From Eledone cirrhosa (taxonomy: Eukaryota): DNA of 64,000 nt. The stretch covers positions 345,216,001 to 345,280,000 of the forward strand of contig OZ024741.1 of the NCBI GenBank assembly GCA_964016885.1, in the 5' to 3' direction. The translations under genes were made by a program, and so were the position numbers. How positions within the stretch are numbered: position 1 is the stretch's first letter; every line of letters starts with the position of its first letter. Positions 14,303 to 26,500 of this stretch are shown here, piece after piece. Under the pieces are notes generated by a model. It did not search any database and had not been told where the DNA came from. It saw only the letters and a list, made by a program, of their open reading frames with translations.

Positions 14303-15004
14303 CTTACGCGTGTGTGTGGGGGGGGGGGGGGGGTGCGTTTGTGCATGTGTGCAAATGTTGATTTTTTAAAGATTTATATTTGCAAATTTAATTTTTTTAA
14401 ATTGCGTGGGGCCTTAATATTTTATAAAAGACAACAAACACCCATACATGCATACATACGAAAAGGCATGCACACACACATGCATACATACCTATATACA
14501 TGCACACATTCATACATGCATACATATATACATACATATAAATATGCATGCATACATACAAGTAAAAATACATACATATGTAAAATACATGCACATATAC
14601 ATATGTTCATACATACATGCATACAAATATACATGGATACATACATATATAAATTCATACATACATACACACACATACTTACATACTCACACATGCATCA
14701 ATATATATATATATATATACGACTGTGTGTATATGTGAACATATATGTATGTTGGGGTACTAAACACATACGAGAGAAATAATACACCTTGTAAATACAT
14801 CATATTAAGGTATTCAATGGGTGATGATGCAACAAAACTCTTGAAAATTCGGTTTGAGTTATTACAAAAATCTTTGGAGAACAAACTGAAAGAATGAATT
14901 CCGAGTATAACCGTGTAAAGGAAATAAATATTTAACTTATGGCAAACTTCCGGAACATTTAGTCATTTCTGCGACTCGTTTCTGCCATTAGACCGCGGCC
15001 AGAC

Positions 15005-15116
<112 letters not shown>

Positions 15117-15326
15117 AAAGAATCGAGGTGTAACACACGAGTTATGATATATTGGTAAACGGAAAAGAAAATGCTGACAAATTGTTCACAGTGAAAAATA
15201 GTTTAATTAGGAATAAGTGAAAATTAGTAATAGTATTGGTTAGTATTCAGTTTTGGTTTTAAGTTTTACCGGTTGCGCATCTAATCAGATTAGAGCAAAC
15301 ATCACGGACGCTCTATCTCAAAATTA

Positions 15327-15362
15327 TTTTTGAAAAGCATTAGAAATGCGCAACCGGTAAAA
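15327..15362 (+). ncRNA. Hammerhead-like motif with TTGAAAA core and GCAA in place of GAAA
   Basis: TTT-TTGAAAA-GCATtagaaATGC-GCAA-CCGGTA^-AAA; same variant at 34305-34341; lies within the 15147-15476 inverted repeat. Confidence 0.45.
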
Positions 15363-15842
15363 CTTAAAACCAAAACTGAATACTAACCAATACTATTACT
15401 AATTTTCACTTATTCCTAATTAAACTATTTTTCACTGTGAACAATTTGTCAGCATTTTCTTTTCCGTTTACCAATATATATATATATATATATATCGAAG
15501 TAAATTCCACTGTTCTATCTTCCAAAAACCAATAACTTGCCTCTGCAAGTGAATTTTGTCGATTTCGGATTTACAGAAACCTAGCGGAGATATTATATAT
15601 TGTATGTGATATATATTATATATTATATATAATGTGTTATATATGGTATCGAAGCGATGGTCCAGGTTTGTCATATTTTATCCTGAGTTCAGTTTTTTTC
15701 GTCGGTTTGGTCAATGCAAAGCTGTCTAAACGTAATGTTATAACTCTAAGGTAATATACCTTATTGAGTGCTTAGCTGCGCACCACGACTGCATTCGTTA
15801 GCTTGGCTGCAACCAGAGCTTCGATGATGCTGTACTAAATTT

Positions 15843-15931
<89 letters not shown>

Positions 15932-16087
15932 TATATATATATTTAAGAGTTAAACAAGGTTCAATGAATACATCAAATAATGAGTTTTACAATAGATTGG
16001 AAGCACTCAACACAAAATTGTTTTCCAGAGTACTACCTTGATTGAATCTTAACCATCTACCATGTCAGGGTATGTCATGTATCATTT

Positions 16088-16154
16088 TATTTTATCTGAT
16101 GAGGACGTACTGTTGAACTTAACTCAGTACCTCTGAAATATGTATAATAAAATA
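16088..16154 (+). ncRNA. Type-I hammerhead ribozyme
   Basis: TATTTTAT-CTGATGA(16096)-ggacGTACTG...CAGTACctct-GAAA-TATGTATA^(16146)-ATAAAATA; 8-bp stem I, self-complementary stem III. Confidence 0.8.
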
Positions 16155-16194
16155 TAATTGATCACAAGAATATCTATTTTGTTAATATTTTGAA

Positions 16195-16289
<95 letters not shown>

Positions 16290-16433
16290 TAGTATCAGTG
16301 CTCGGAAATAGCGATGTACGTATAGTATATTTGATAATATATTGTATGTTTATTTAAAATCATTTTGAAGACCATTCGCTAAGTTTTAAAGTAGTGACTA
16401 TGTCACTTACTTTGTCTCGGCAAAAACAAAGGG

Positions 16434-16482
16434 AAGCAACCGACAGCTGTTTCTCGTTTGTTAACGGTTATCAAGATTGCTT
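16434..16482 (-). ncRNA. Type-I hammerhead ribozyme, U3:A8 core
   Basis: Reverse complement: AAGCAATC-TTGATAA-cCGTTaacaAACGa-GAAA-CAGCTGTC^-GGTTGCTT; palindromic ACAGCTGT. Confidence 0.8.
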
Positions 16483-16808
16483 ATCACTCCGCTTCTGCCG
16501 AGACTTATCGAAGCTGGATTCTTATAGAATTCCAGTGATGTTTAAGAGCTGATTAAGCAGAGCAGTTGCCGGTCCAGCAAAAATTAGAAATTAGTATCAG
16601 TGCTGAAATAGCGATGTCTGTATGAATGTATGTATAGTATATTTGATAATATACTGTATGTTTATTTTAAAACATTTTGAAGACCTTTTATGTTTGCCGA
16701 GACAAAGTATGTGACATAGTCACTACTTTAAAACTCATAGCGAATGGTCTTCAAAATATTTTAAAATAAACATAAACATACAGTATATTATCAAATATAC
16801 GATACATA

Positions 16809-16865
<57 letters not shown>

Positions 16866-16916
16866 CAATTCATTAATACATACGTACATACATACATACA
16901 TACATACATACATACA

Positions 16917-16948
<32 letters not shown>

Positions 16949-16983
16949 AGCACCTCTCTCTCTATATATACATATATATACAC

Positions 16984-17041
<58 letters not shown>

Positions 17042-17231
17042 TAAAGAATAGTTATGTATCATAAGAAAGGAGGAAAGAGAACAATGTCTGATAAAGTATA
17101 CTAGACGCCAATAGCCGAAGCGGGGTGTGCTCAATGCTTATGGGTGCAGTGTTAAATGTAACGAGCAGCCTCTTATAACTCTAAGAAGTGTCAATTATGT
17201 CTGATGGAAGCATATTATATTATATGATCAC

Positions 17232-17420
17232 GAGTGGTGGATTGGCAGTATCGGTAGAGTGTCGGACGCCTTGCTTTGCAGCATAGAGTTACGCCCATTT
17301 ACGATCTGAGTTCAAATCCCGCCGAGGTTAACTTTGCCTTTCATCCTTACGGGGTCGATAAAATAAAGTACCAGTAATGTACTGGGATAATTGCTGGCCT
17401 TATGCCAAAAGTAGAAACAA
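17232..17420 (+). mobile_element. SINE family A with target-site duplication
   Basis: Full A box, B box and body; flanked by TTATATTATATG(A/C)TCAC. Confidence 0.9.
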
Positions 17421-17934
17421 TTATATTATATGCTCACCTCATACACTTATTAACAAGGCAGAAACTGTAATAAATTGCCAACATAGGCTCCCCTACTCTT
17501 TCTCTAACAGGACCTTTGACCCAATGTAACCTTATTCTCAAACTTTCTCTCCTCCTTCAACCATAAAACCCCTATTAGCTACCTTTTATAGATTAACCAG
17601 ATTATCTAAATCATTACTGCTCATAATTAGCTATTTAACTGGAACCTAACTATAGCCCACAACGCACCACATAATATCAACCCTACCAGTGTCACTTAAC
17701 TTAGCATGTTATCATTATTAAACACCTTTTTTAATAAATGTAACATAGTTACCTCCCTTAGATTATAATGCCCCTTTGTAACCGCCATTTTTATTTACAA
17801 ATTGGGTTTATTAGAATTCATCGTCATAAGCTATGCACTCTGATGTCTTGTTACCTTTCCTTTAACGGATCTGTTATCCAAGGAATGATTAGTTGGACTA
17901 ACCTCAAATAACATCAATATAAACAATTTTTTTT

Positions 17935-18053
17935 TCTCTGAAGATTCTATATTAATATCATTAACAAATTAACAACAATGTATATGCGTGCGTACACGCA
18001 CAAATATATGTGAACTGTTACTCGTTATTGTATAGATGAAACACTGTGTAAGA
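17935..18053 (+). ncRNA. Hammerhead motif with ~80-nt loop in stem II
   Basis: TCT-CTGAAGA(17938)-tTCTATA...TATAGAt-GAAA(18038)-CACTGTGTA^-AGA. Confidence 0.6.
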
Positions 18054-18130
18054 TGTAAAGTTTGGTTTTAAACATTTTGCCTTCTCTTTCATTTATTCTC
18101 GTTATATATATATATATATATATAATTTGT

Positions 18131-18162
<32 letters not shown>

Positions 18163-18163
18163 G

Positions 18164-18239
<76 letters not shown>

Positions 18240-18347
18240 ATAATAATAAATTTGAAGACTAAAATCCAAAAAGGGCTCGATAAGGATAAATATATATCAA
18301 ATATATAAGAACCGTAGAGCAAATATTTATTAAAATAACAGATTAAA

Positions 18348-18396
18348 GTTTAAGCAAAGAATCGCTGCTTTCACCCTTAACGGGATCTTCTGAAAC
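18348..18396 (-). ncRNA. Hammerhead-like motif in the inverted terminal repeat of PLE family A
   Basis: Same sequence as 21490-21538 on the opposite strand. Confidence 0.6.
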
Positions 18397-18608
18397 TAAC
18401 AAAGTCAATCTGTGAACGCAGAAGTGAATATTTCAAAAAACGTTGCAACCGGAGGAAGACAGGAAGACGATATATTGGTTCGTGGAAACGTTCCCTGGCA
18501 AAGACGGGAAAAACGAATATAATACGGAGTATAAAATTTCGAAATAGGAGCAATTCCTTCCAGCAGGACCTGAAGAATAGAATTTGTTCTATTAAGGATT
18601 CTAATGCC

Positions 18609-20392
18609 GTGCACGTCCATTCCGACAAAACTGGCAATCTATATCAAGTGGAGCGCAGTACTTACCATCAACTGCTACATAATGCTGTAACTAAGGATTA
18701 CCGTAAAACTAATCGGTGCGTCATTAATGAAATCAACGATGCTGGGTTTAAAATCACTTCTGATATCAACATCCTGGACCGGACTGAACCTCTGGACCCT
18801 ATTTCGCCCCACTTTACCCTGAAGGATCACAAATCTAATTTTCCGAACAACCCCTCTATTCGGCTTATTAACCATACGAAGTCCGATTTAGGTAGACTTA
18901 GTAAAAGGATTCTTGATAGAATTATACCCGAAATTAGAAATTTGGCCCCTCTTGCACTGTGGAACAATTCTTTCGCGGTGACTGATTGGTTCAACGGCAT
19001 ATGCAACAAGAAACATTGCCGTTTTATCCAATTCGACATCAATAATTACTACTCCTTCATCACTTTACCACTTCTCCTTAGAGCTATCAATTTCGCTAAA
19101 ACACTCACAGTGGTTAAGGATTTCGAAGTTAATGTCATCCTCAATGCCCGTAAGTCGGTGATTAATTTCGACAACTCTATTTGGATTAAAAAATCCAATA
19201 GTACCCCATTCGACGTGCGATTCTGCGGAGGTTACTGATCTTATCGGCCTTTTCCTTCTTTTCTCTATCAAGGAAGAATTCCCCAAGTGGGCAGTGGTTT
19301 GTACCGTGATGAGGTCTTTTGACCATGACTAAGTGCGGCCCACGTGCTTGCGACAGGTTCAGAAAAGAACTCACAGCCTTCTTTAAAGGGTTCAACCTCT
19401 CCATACAGGTTGAGGCCAACCTCTCGGTCGTTAATTACCTCGACGTTACCCTCAATTTATCGAATGGCTTGCATTACTCGTATAGAAAGCCAAATGATAC
19501 GCTTAATTACATAAGTAAGCATTCTAACCATCCTTCCAGCATAACCAAGAACCTGGTAAGAAACGTTTCTTTGAGGCTTTCCCGTTTATCTACTAACGAG
19601 CATATTTTCAACGACCATTCCACATATTACAATGAAGTTCTTGCTCGGAGTGGATTTGTTGATAAGGTAGCATATACAGAGTACGAGAATAGACCTAGAA
19701 ATAGATCCCGACGCATTATATGGTATAACCCACCATATAATATGGAGGTGGCCACATCATTAGCTAAGATCTTTCTCTCCCTTATTATGAAGCATTTTCT
19801 CCCTACACATAAACATAGTAAAATTTTTAATAGAAATACTATTAAAATTTCTTACTCTACGACTCCTAACCTTGCACACAACATCACAGCTTCAAATTTA
19901 GCTAAACTACCTAGCCGTAGGAACACGTGCAACCCTGTAGTTAGTACTAACTGTAATTGTAGGAATCGGGTTGACTGCTCCCTATCCGGGAAATGCCTCT
20001 CTAGTAACATTGTCTACAAATGTAAGGTTGAAATAACCACGTCCCGTAGGGCCTACATAGGGTTAACCGCCAATAGATTCAAGCAGCGTCTTTACATGCA
20101 TACCCATTCTTTTCGTTACCCTTTTAGAAGGAATATGACGTCATTTTCAGCTTATATCTGGAGTGTAAAAGACAACCACACCCAATATAAGTTACACTGG
20201 AAGATCCTAGCTAGGGCTAGATCGTATAACGGAAATAAAAACCCATGTGACCTCTGCACCGCTGAGGCCCTGGAAATACTCTACGCCAAAGACCACATCT
20301 TAAAAAAAAAATCTGAGGCAATTTCGGCTTGTAAACATAAATTGCACAAAACTTTCCTGTATTACAGCCCCACATTATACCCTAACGGATAG
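18609..20392 (+). pseudogene. PLE reverse transcriptase plus C-terminal GIY-YIG endonuclease, frameshifted
   Basis: TLKDHK, RLINHTKS, FIQFDI, DSAEVTDLIG, GLYRD broken by an indel at ~19310, NYLDVTL, IIWYNPP, IFNRNTIKISYS, IVYKC...YIGLT...FKQR, CDLC; indels at 19215-19315. Confidence 0.9.
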
Positions 20393-21489
20393 TACGAACT
20401 ATACGCGGATATTTTACGTCTTGATGTGGTAGCTAAGTATATATTATGTTTATACCATCACTTATTTGTATAGGTAAGTATATATTACCTGTATGTTTTG
20501 TGAAAGTACGTATACTTTCTTGCACGTATATTTGATTGTATATGTTATGGCGTATAAATTATATATTCTGGTACATATGCTGTTGGTTATGTGTATACGT
20601 GAGTTTTGCGTCTGTGTGAGTATGCGGGTTCGTATGTATGTAGGGTGTGTGTATTTGTGTACTTCGTGTTTTGGTTGACGTACGTCTCTAAACATATGTG
20701 TATTTACATGTAGGTATGTGTGTGCGCTTGTTAATAACGTATTTATTTAATTATATACGTTTATTTAATTATATGTATACACGCACACACACACACACAT
20801 ATATATATATATTTTTTATATATATTTTATGTGTATTTGGTGTATACTTTCGTATGCGTGCGGGTACAGGCGTTGCGTGGGTTCTGTATGTGCGTGCGAT
20901 TTTTTTTTTTCGTACGTGCGTGTATTTGTATACCTGTGGCGAGTGTTTTCGCGTATGCTTGTGCATGTATGTATATGGATGCGTGTATACTCTTTTACTA
21001 TTTTACCTGTTTCAGCCATCCGGCTGAGGCCATGCTGGGGCACCGCCCTTGATGTATTTATTTAATTTCAATTACCTCTGTATTTTACTTTATTCTTAAC
21101 TCTGAAGCCGAGAATCATTCGGTTTCCTAGTTAGAATTTCAGTCTACCACTTCAGTTATACCATTTACGTGGTTTTGTCTTTGCGTACAATTGTTCTCCC
21201 CGCTCCACATATGACGTATTATCTTTGTTTTTTCCGTTCATTGCCAGAGAACGTCTCTATGAACCACCTAATAGAATATTAGTCTACGACTTCTTTTATA
21301 CTATAAACGTGGTTTTGTCATTGCGTGTAATTGTTTTTCACCGCTCCAATTAATGACGTATTATATTCCTTTTTTTCCCGCTCTTTGCCAGGGAACGTTT
21401 CCACGAACCAATGTATCGTCTTCCTGTCTTCCTCCGGTTGCAACGTTTTTTGAAATATTCACTTCTGCGTTCACAGATTGACTTTGTTA

Positions 21490-21538
21490 GTTTCAGAAGA
21501 TCCCGTTAAGGGTGAAAGCAGCGATTCTTTGCTTAAAC
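21490..21538 (+). ncRNA. Hammerhead-like motif in the 3' terminal repeat of PLE family A
   Basis: GTTT-CAGAAGA-TCCCgttaaGGGT-GAAA-GCA...TGCTT^-AAAC; mutated tandem copy at 21731-21779. Confidence 0.6.
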
Positions 21539-21887
21539 AACCTTTAATCTGTTATTTTAATAAATATATATATATATATATTAAAATAGCAGATTAAAGT
21601 TTAAGCAAAGAATCGGTGTATGTTTTGTGAAGGGAACGTTTCCACGAACCAAAGTATCGTCTTCCTGTCTTCCTTCAGTTGCAAAGTTTTTTGAAATATT
21701 TACTTCTGCGTACACAGATTGACTTTTTTAGTTTGAGAAGATCCCGTTAAGGGTAAAAGCAGCGATTCTTTGCTTAAACTTTAATCTGTTATTTTAATAA
21801 ATATTTCCTCTACAGTTCTTATGTATCTGATATATATTTATCCTTATCGAGCCCTCTTTGGATTTTAGTCTTCAAATTTATTATTAT

Positions 21888-21954
<67 letters not shown>

Positions 21955-22046
21955 TATATATATACATATATATATATATGTGTGTGTGTGTGTGTATGTG
22001 TGTGTGTGTAAGCTCGTCGTTACAAGCTTAAAGCTTACATATTGAA

Positions 22047-22138
22047 GCATATCTGAGGATCTTTCGATTCCAGAGTCAGGTTCGATCAATAATGGAGCGT
22101 TCCTCGAGCTGATCGACAGTGAAACATATGTAATATGT
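22047..22138 (+). ncRNA. Type-I hammerhead ribozyme with extended stem II
   Basis: GCATAT-CTGAGGA(22053)-tCTtTCGAT...ATCGAcAGt-GAAA(22121)-CATATGTA^-ATATGT; palindromic ACATATGT. Confidence 0.8.
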
Positions 22139-22189
22139 CATTAAATATGGTATGATGCAAAACTGATTCTTTGTTCCTTTCTTCTTATA

Positions 22190-22287
<98 letters not shown>

Positions 22288-22292
22288 ATATC

Positions 22293-22329
<37 letters not shown>

Positions 22330-22374
22330 CATACATACATAGATACATAACTAAACAAATTAAGATAACAGAAA

Positions 22375-22795
22375 GAAGTTTTTAAATCATTAGCCTCGTC
22401 TAATTTAGCTACCAGCTTACCACCCTTTCTATTTTTCTCTAATACTACTTCTTTGCTAAACTCTATCGAAATTATTCTAATCTCACTTTTGAGTACCGCC
22501 ATCACCACCACCACCTGTTGTTGACGACTTCCCCTGCCAACTTTTGCTTAACTAAATTGTTGACTTGGTCCCTGTAAGCCTTACGTATCGGAAACGACAT
22601 GTTCAACTTCCAGTAACCAGGTCCTAACCTGCGTGTCTTATGTAGGGCGACCATAGAGATCACAAACTTGTGATCTGAATAGACAACCATTTGAAAGTGT
22701 GGACAACCTATACTATTCTTATCTATTGTCCTAATGAAAAACCTATCTATATAAGATTTAGATGACCATATGCGTTTGGTCCAGGTCCACTGACG
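22375..22795 (-). pseudogene. L1/Tx1-type ORF2 AP-endonuclease C-terminal fragment
   Basis: WTW...SYIDRFF...YSDHKFV...GPGYWKLN motifs; frameshift at ~22505. Confidence 0.8.
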
Positions 22796-23399
22796 TAAGA
22801 TCGTAAGGACGTGAATTCGAATTAAAGACCGTTCAACACGTTGTCTCCTTGAGCAAGGCACTTTATTTCAAGTTGCTTCAGTCCACTCTCCTGGAAAACA
22901 TGTACATGTTATTCAAAGGACAAGCCTTGTCATACAGGTTACGCATGCATACACATATATGACAGGCACACATATTCATATACGCACATGCATACGTCCA
23001 TACATACATGAAGGTTGCACTCGACCATTCCCACTCTCTGAGCATCAAAAACACTACCCGAAAAGGACAACTGGTCAACATCATCGGATGCTTCCAAAGG
23101 CGCAGTTTTTTTGGGGGGGGGTTTCATTGTTTCCCTCTCTTAGAAAGGTGTTGTGACAACAACTGGAGGCCTTTCACTCCCATGTGGGGAAAAAAAATAC
23201 TATTTGGATGCCCGTTGTCTCTGCTGAGTTCCTCCGACCTTCGCCGGGTCTTGTATTTCGTCCCGCAGTGTGTCCAAATATCACCCTCCTCACCAAGCAA
23301 GCTTGGTGGGGTTGCCGGTTTAGTCGCCGACGATCCGACCATGAGACAGGTTGTACTAGGTTAGATGTTACCAGTAGCACCCGAGATCGACCTCACATA

Positions 23400-23514
23400 A
23401 GATACATACATACATACACATATACACACATACACACATACATACCTACATACATACGTACATACATACGTACATACATACATACATACATACATACATA
23501 CATACATACATACA

Positions 23515-23544
<30 letters not shown>
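23400..23544. repeat. (CATA)n tract upstream of the Dong elements
   Basis: Direct reading; tract resumes at 31852. Confidence 0.95.
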
Positions 23545-23546
<2 letters not shown>

Positions 23547-26500
23547 ATGGCGACCGTTGTGGTCAGTGTCCGATAATCGGACGTGTGTAATTACGGCTTA
23601 CATGAAGGCAACATATCATATATTGGAAAAAGTTGAGCTACATTACGCGGTAAGATTACATACAATAATTCTACATAAGTGTTTGAACTGTAAGTGTGTT
23701 GTAAAACACCTATTTATATGAACGATACATACACTTATGATATATGAACGATACATACACTTTAACATATAAATGCAACGTTGTTATATTACATTTATAA
23801 AGAAATATACAAGTAACGTTTTCGATTCAGAAACAAAAATATAAGTGTTTGAACTGTGAATATGTTGTGAATGGGTTGTAGAACACCTATTTATATGAAT
23901 GATACATAAACTTTAACATATAAATACAGCGTTGTTATATTATATTACATTCATAAAGGAATATACTAAGTATCGGTTCTTTTTGTTCTCGATTCAAACG
24001 ATTCAAGAGCAACGTTTAAAACACAGTTGTAGAATTAAAAACTAACTGAAAAGAAATATTACTCAAGCTGTGAATAACTTTAAATTTGATTCTGACAGAA
24101 CTTTGTCGTAACTTTTAAAGAAGATCATCGACTATTTTGAAAAATAAATACAAAATATTAGTGAATAGACGAACTCATCATGGCAAAAAGTACAAGTCTC
24201 CTTCGACCAAATCGCAATTACAACCGTTGTACACAGTGGAGCTACGAGCTTAACAAAGTATTATATGAAGCATACAAACAATCTGAACCCCAAAAGTTCG
24301 GTTTTATGCAAAGGCTAAAAACTTTATGGAACTCCAAACACCCAGAATTAGACTTTTCTCCAAAGCATTTAAATGAACAGGCAAAACGTACCATTAGATG
24401 TAAATTGATACATCTAACGGAATCGAGTGATACTACAAATACAGCCCTTGTAGACAACCACCCCACCTCCACTGACAGACAAAGAGAATGGCCAGCTAAA
24501 TCTAACAGTGAACAGCTCACCAACAATTTTGCTGAAATTCATCCCACTTCCACTGAAGAACAGCGAGAAAGGTCAGCTGACTCTAGTAGTAATTGTCACC
24601 ACATCAACAACGAGGCTGAAATTCATGACTCTACTGAACAAACAGAGCACCAAAAACTTGTGGGCTCCCTACAAGTGATATGGAATGATATGTTTCAAGA
24701 GATACACAGCCTTAATGTGAGTGACAGACCATACAACACTAGAGTCAGTAAAGAACCCACTAAATTGGAATTGGAAGCGGTGAACGAAATAGCTGGCAAT
24801 TATCTGAAGGCTATACGATCTAAAGGTGTAGAAACGACATTTGAAACGCTTAATGTTTTGTTATATGTTTCAGCTGTCACATTGCTATCATATAACACAC
24901 ATCTAAAACCACGCAATCAAGATACAAACAGAAAGCCTGAACCAGCGTGGATGCGAAATTTAAAAACCAAAATTTTGTCCCTGAGACGAAGTATCTCACA
25001 CATCGCAGTCGTTATGAAATGCAACATAGAGAGCAACTTCACACAACACCAGGAAGACCTAAAGAAAAAGTTAGAGAGAAGATTTGGAGATACAAAATTT
25101 AAAACTTTGAACTCCAAATTACACCAGTTGAAACAACAACTCACAGCTACAACAGAAAGACTAAAATATAAGTCAACAGCACATAAACGACAAGTGCTAA
25201 ATAGATTGTTTGCCAGAGATCCTAAATCAGTTTATCGCAGCTTCGGTGGCAAAAGCTCAATCTCTGTAAATGACACCCCTTTAAAAGAACAGGTTGAGAG
25301 CTACTGGAGATCTGTATGGGAAACGGATGACGGATTCAACAGACAAGCTAATTGGCTAAAAGAACTGGAACAGGACTACTGCCAACATGTCCAGACAAAA
25401 CAATATGACATAGATGGGTCAATACTGGAAACAGCTCTACAGAAAATGTCGAATAGGAAATCGCCAGGCCCAGACCTCATTACAGGATACTGGTTGAAGA
25501 ATTTCACTTTCTATCGGCAAGATCTCATACGGCTGTTTACAGAAACCATTAAGGGCACACAAGAACTGCCCAGATGGTTATCAACTGCCTCTACTCTCCT
25601 CATTCCCCAAAATAGCCAAACCACCCTTGCTAAAAATTACCGCCCAATTGCCTGCCAAAACATCATGTATAAATTATATACTGGGTGCCTTAACCTGTTC
25701 TTACAGGATCACTGTGCTACCAACAACATCATAACACCTGAGCAAGCTGGTGGAAAGAGGGAGGTGTGGGGTTGCATAGATCACCTACTAACTAACAAAA
25801 TGATTCAGGAAAAAACAACAAAGAATCGCAGAAACATGACTGTCGTGTGGCTGGACTATCAAAAAGCATTTGATAGTGTACCTCATGGGTGGATTGTTAA
25901 GGCTTTACAGTTAGCTAAAGTCCCACAACCATTGGTAGCTGCTGTTGAACGCCTGACCAAGAACTGGTACACCAGTTTGATCCTTAGAGGTGAGAAGGAG
26001 CAGGTTAAGACTGATAAGATACATTACCAGAAGGGCATCTTTCAGGGTGATAGCTTGTCAGTGCTACTCTTCGTTCTCTCACTGAATCCACTATCTTACC
26101 TACTCAGGAAACAAGGTGGACAAAGAAGTGGGACCAGAAGTATCTCCCATCTTTTCTTTGTTGATGACCTGAAGTTGTATGGGCCAAATATCAATGACAT
26201 CAAGAAACAATTGGACCTCATTACACAATTTTCAACCGACATCAAAATGAAATTTGGTGAGTCCAAGTGTGCATATTTGGCAGTAAAACGTGGAAGAGCT
26301 GTGCCCTCCTCTAGAAATCTAGAGATGAACGGCCTGACAATAAAACCTTTGCAGTCAGGTGACAACTACAGATATCTTGGACAGGATGAGAATGTCAGAT
26401 ATGATGGACCCATAAATAAGGAGAGAACCAGAACTGAATACCTCAGAAGAGTAAAGAAAATATGGTCATCAGAACTGTCAGCATACAACAAATACATTGC

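Larger units (their letters stand above)
18237..21891 (+). mobile_element. Penelope-like element family A (Naiad-like), 5'-truncated, with inverted terminal repeat on the left and tandem terminal repeats on the right, inserted in (TA)n
   Basis: RT and GIY-YIG ORF fragments; 18237-18530 is an inverted copy of the 3' repeat; both ends terminate in TCTTCAAATTTATTATTATTACTA next to (TA)n. Confidence 0.9.

Noticed and set aside
14837-14906. ACTC-TTGAAAA...GAGT hammerhead-like fold
   Set aside because: Stems I and II plausible but GAAA/NUH register is broken; at best a decayed copy
18609-21400. Selenocysteine recoding as reported for some Naiad elements
   Set aside because: Interruptions are indel frameshifts, not in-frame TGA at Cys positions; no SECIS identified by eye
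23545-23640. HDV-like ribozyme at the Dong 5' end
   Set aside because: Only two simple hairpins (GACC/GGTC, GTCCGA/TCGGAC); nested double pseudoknot not found
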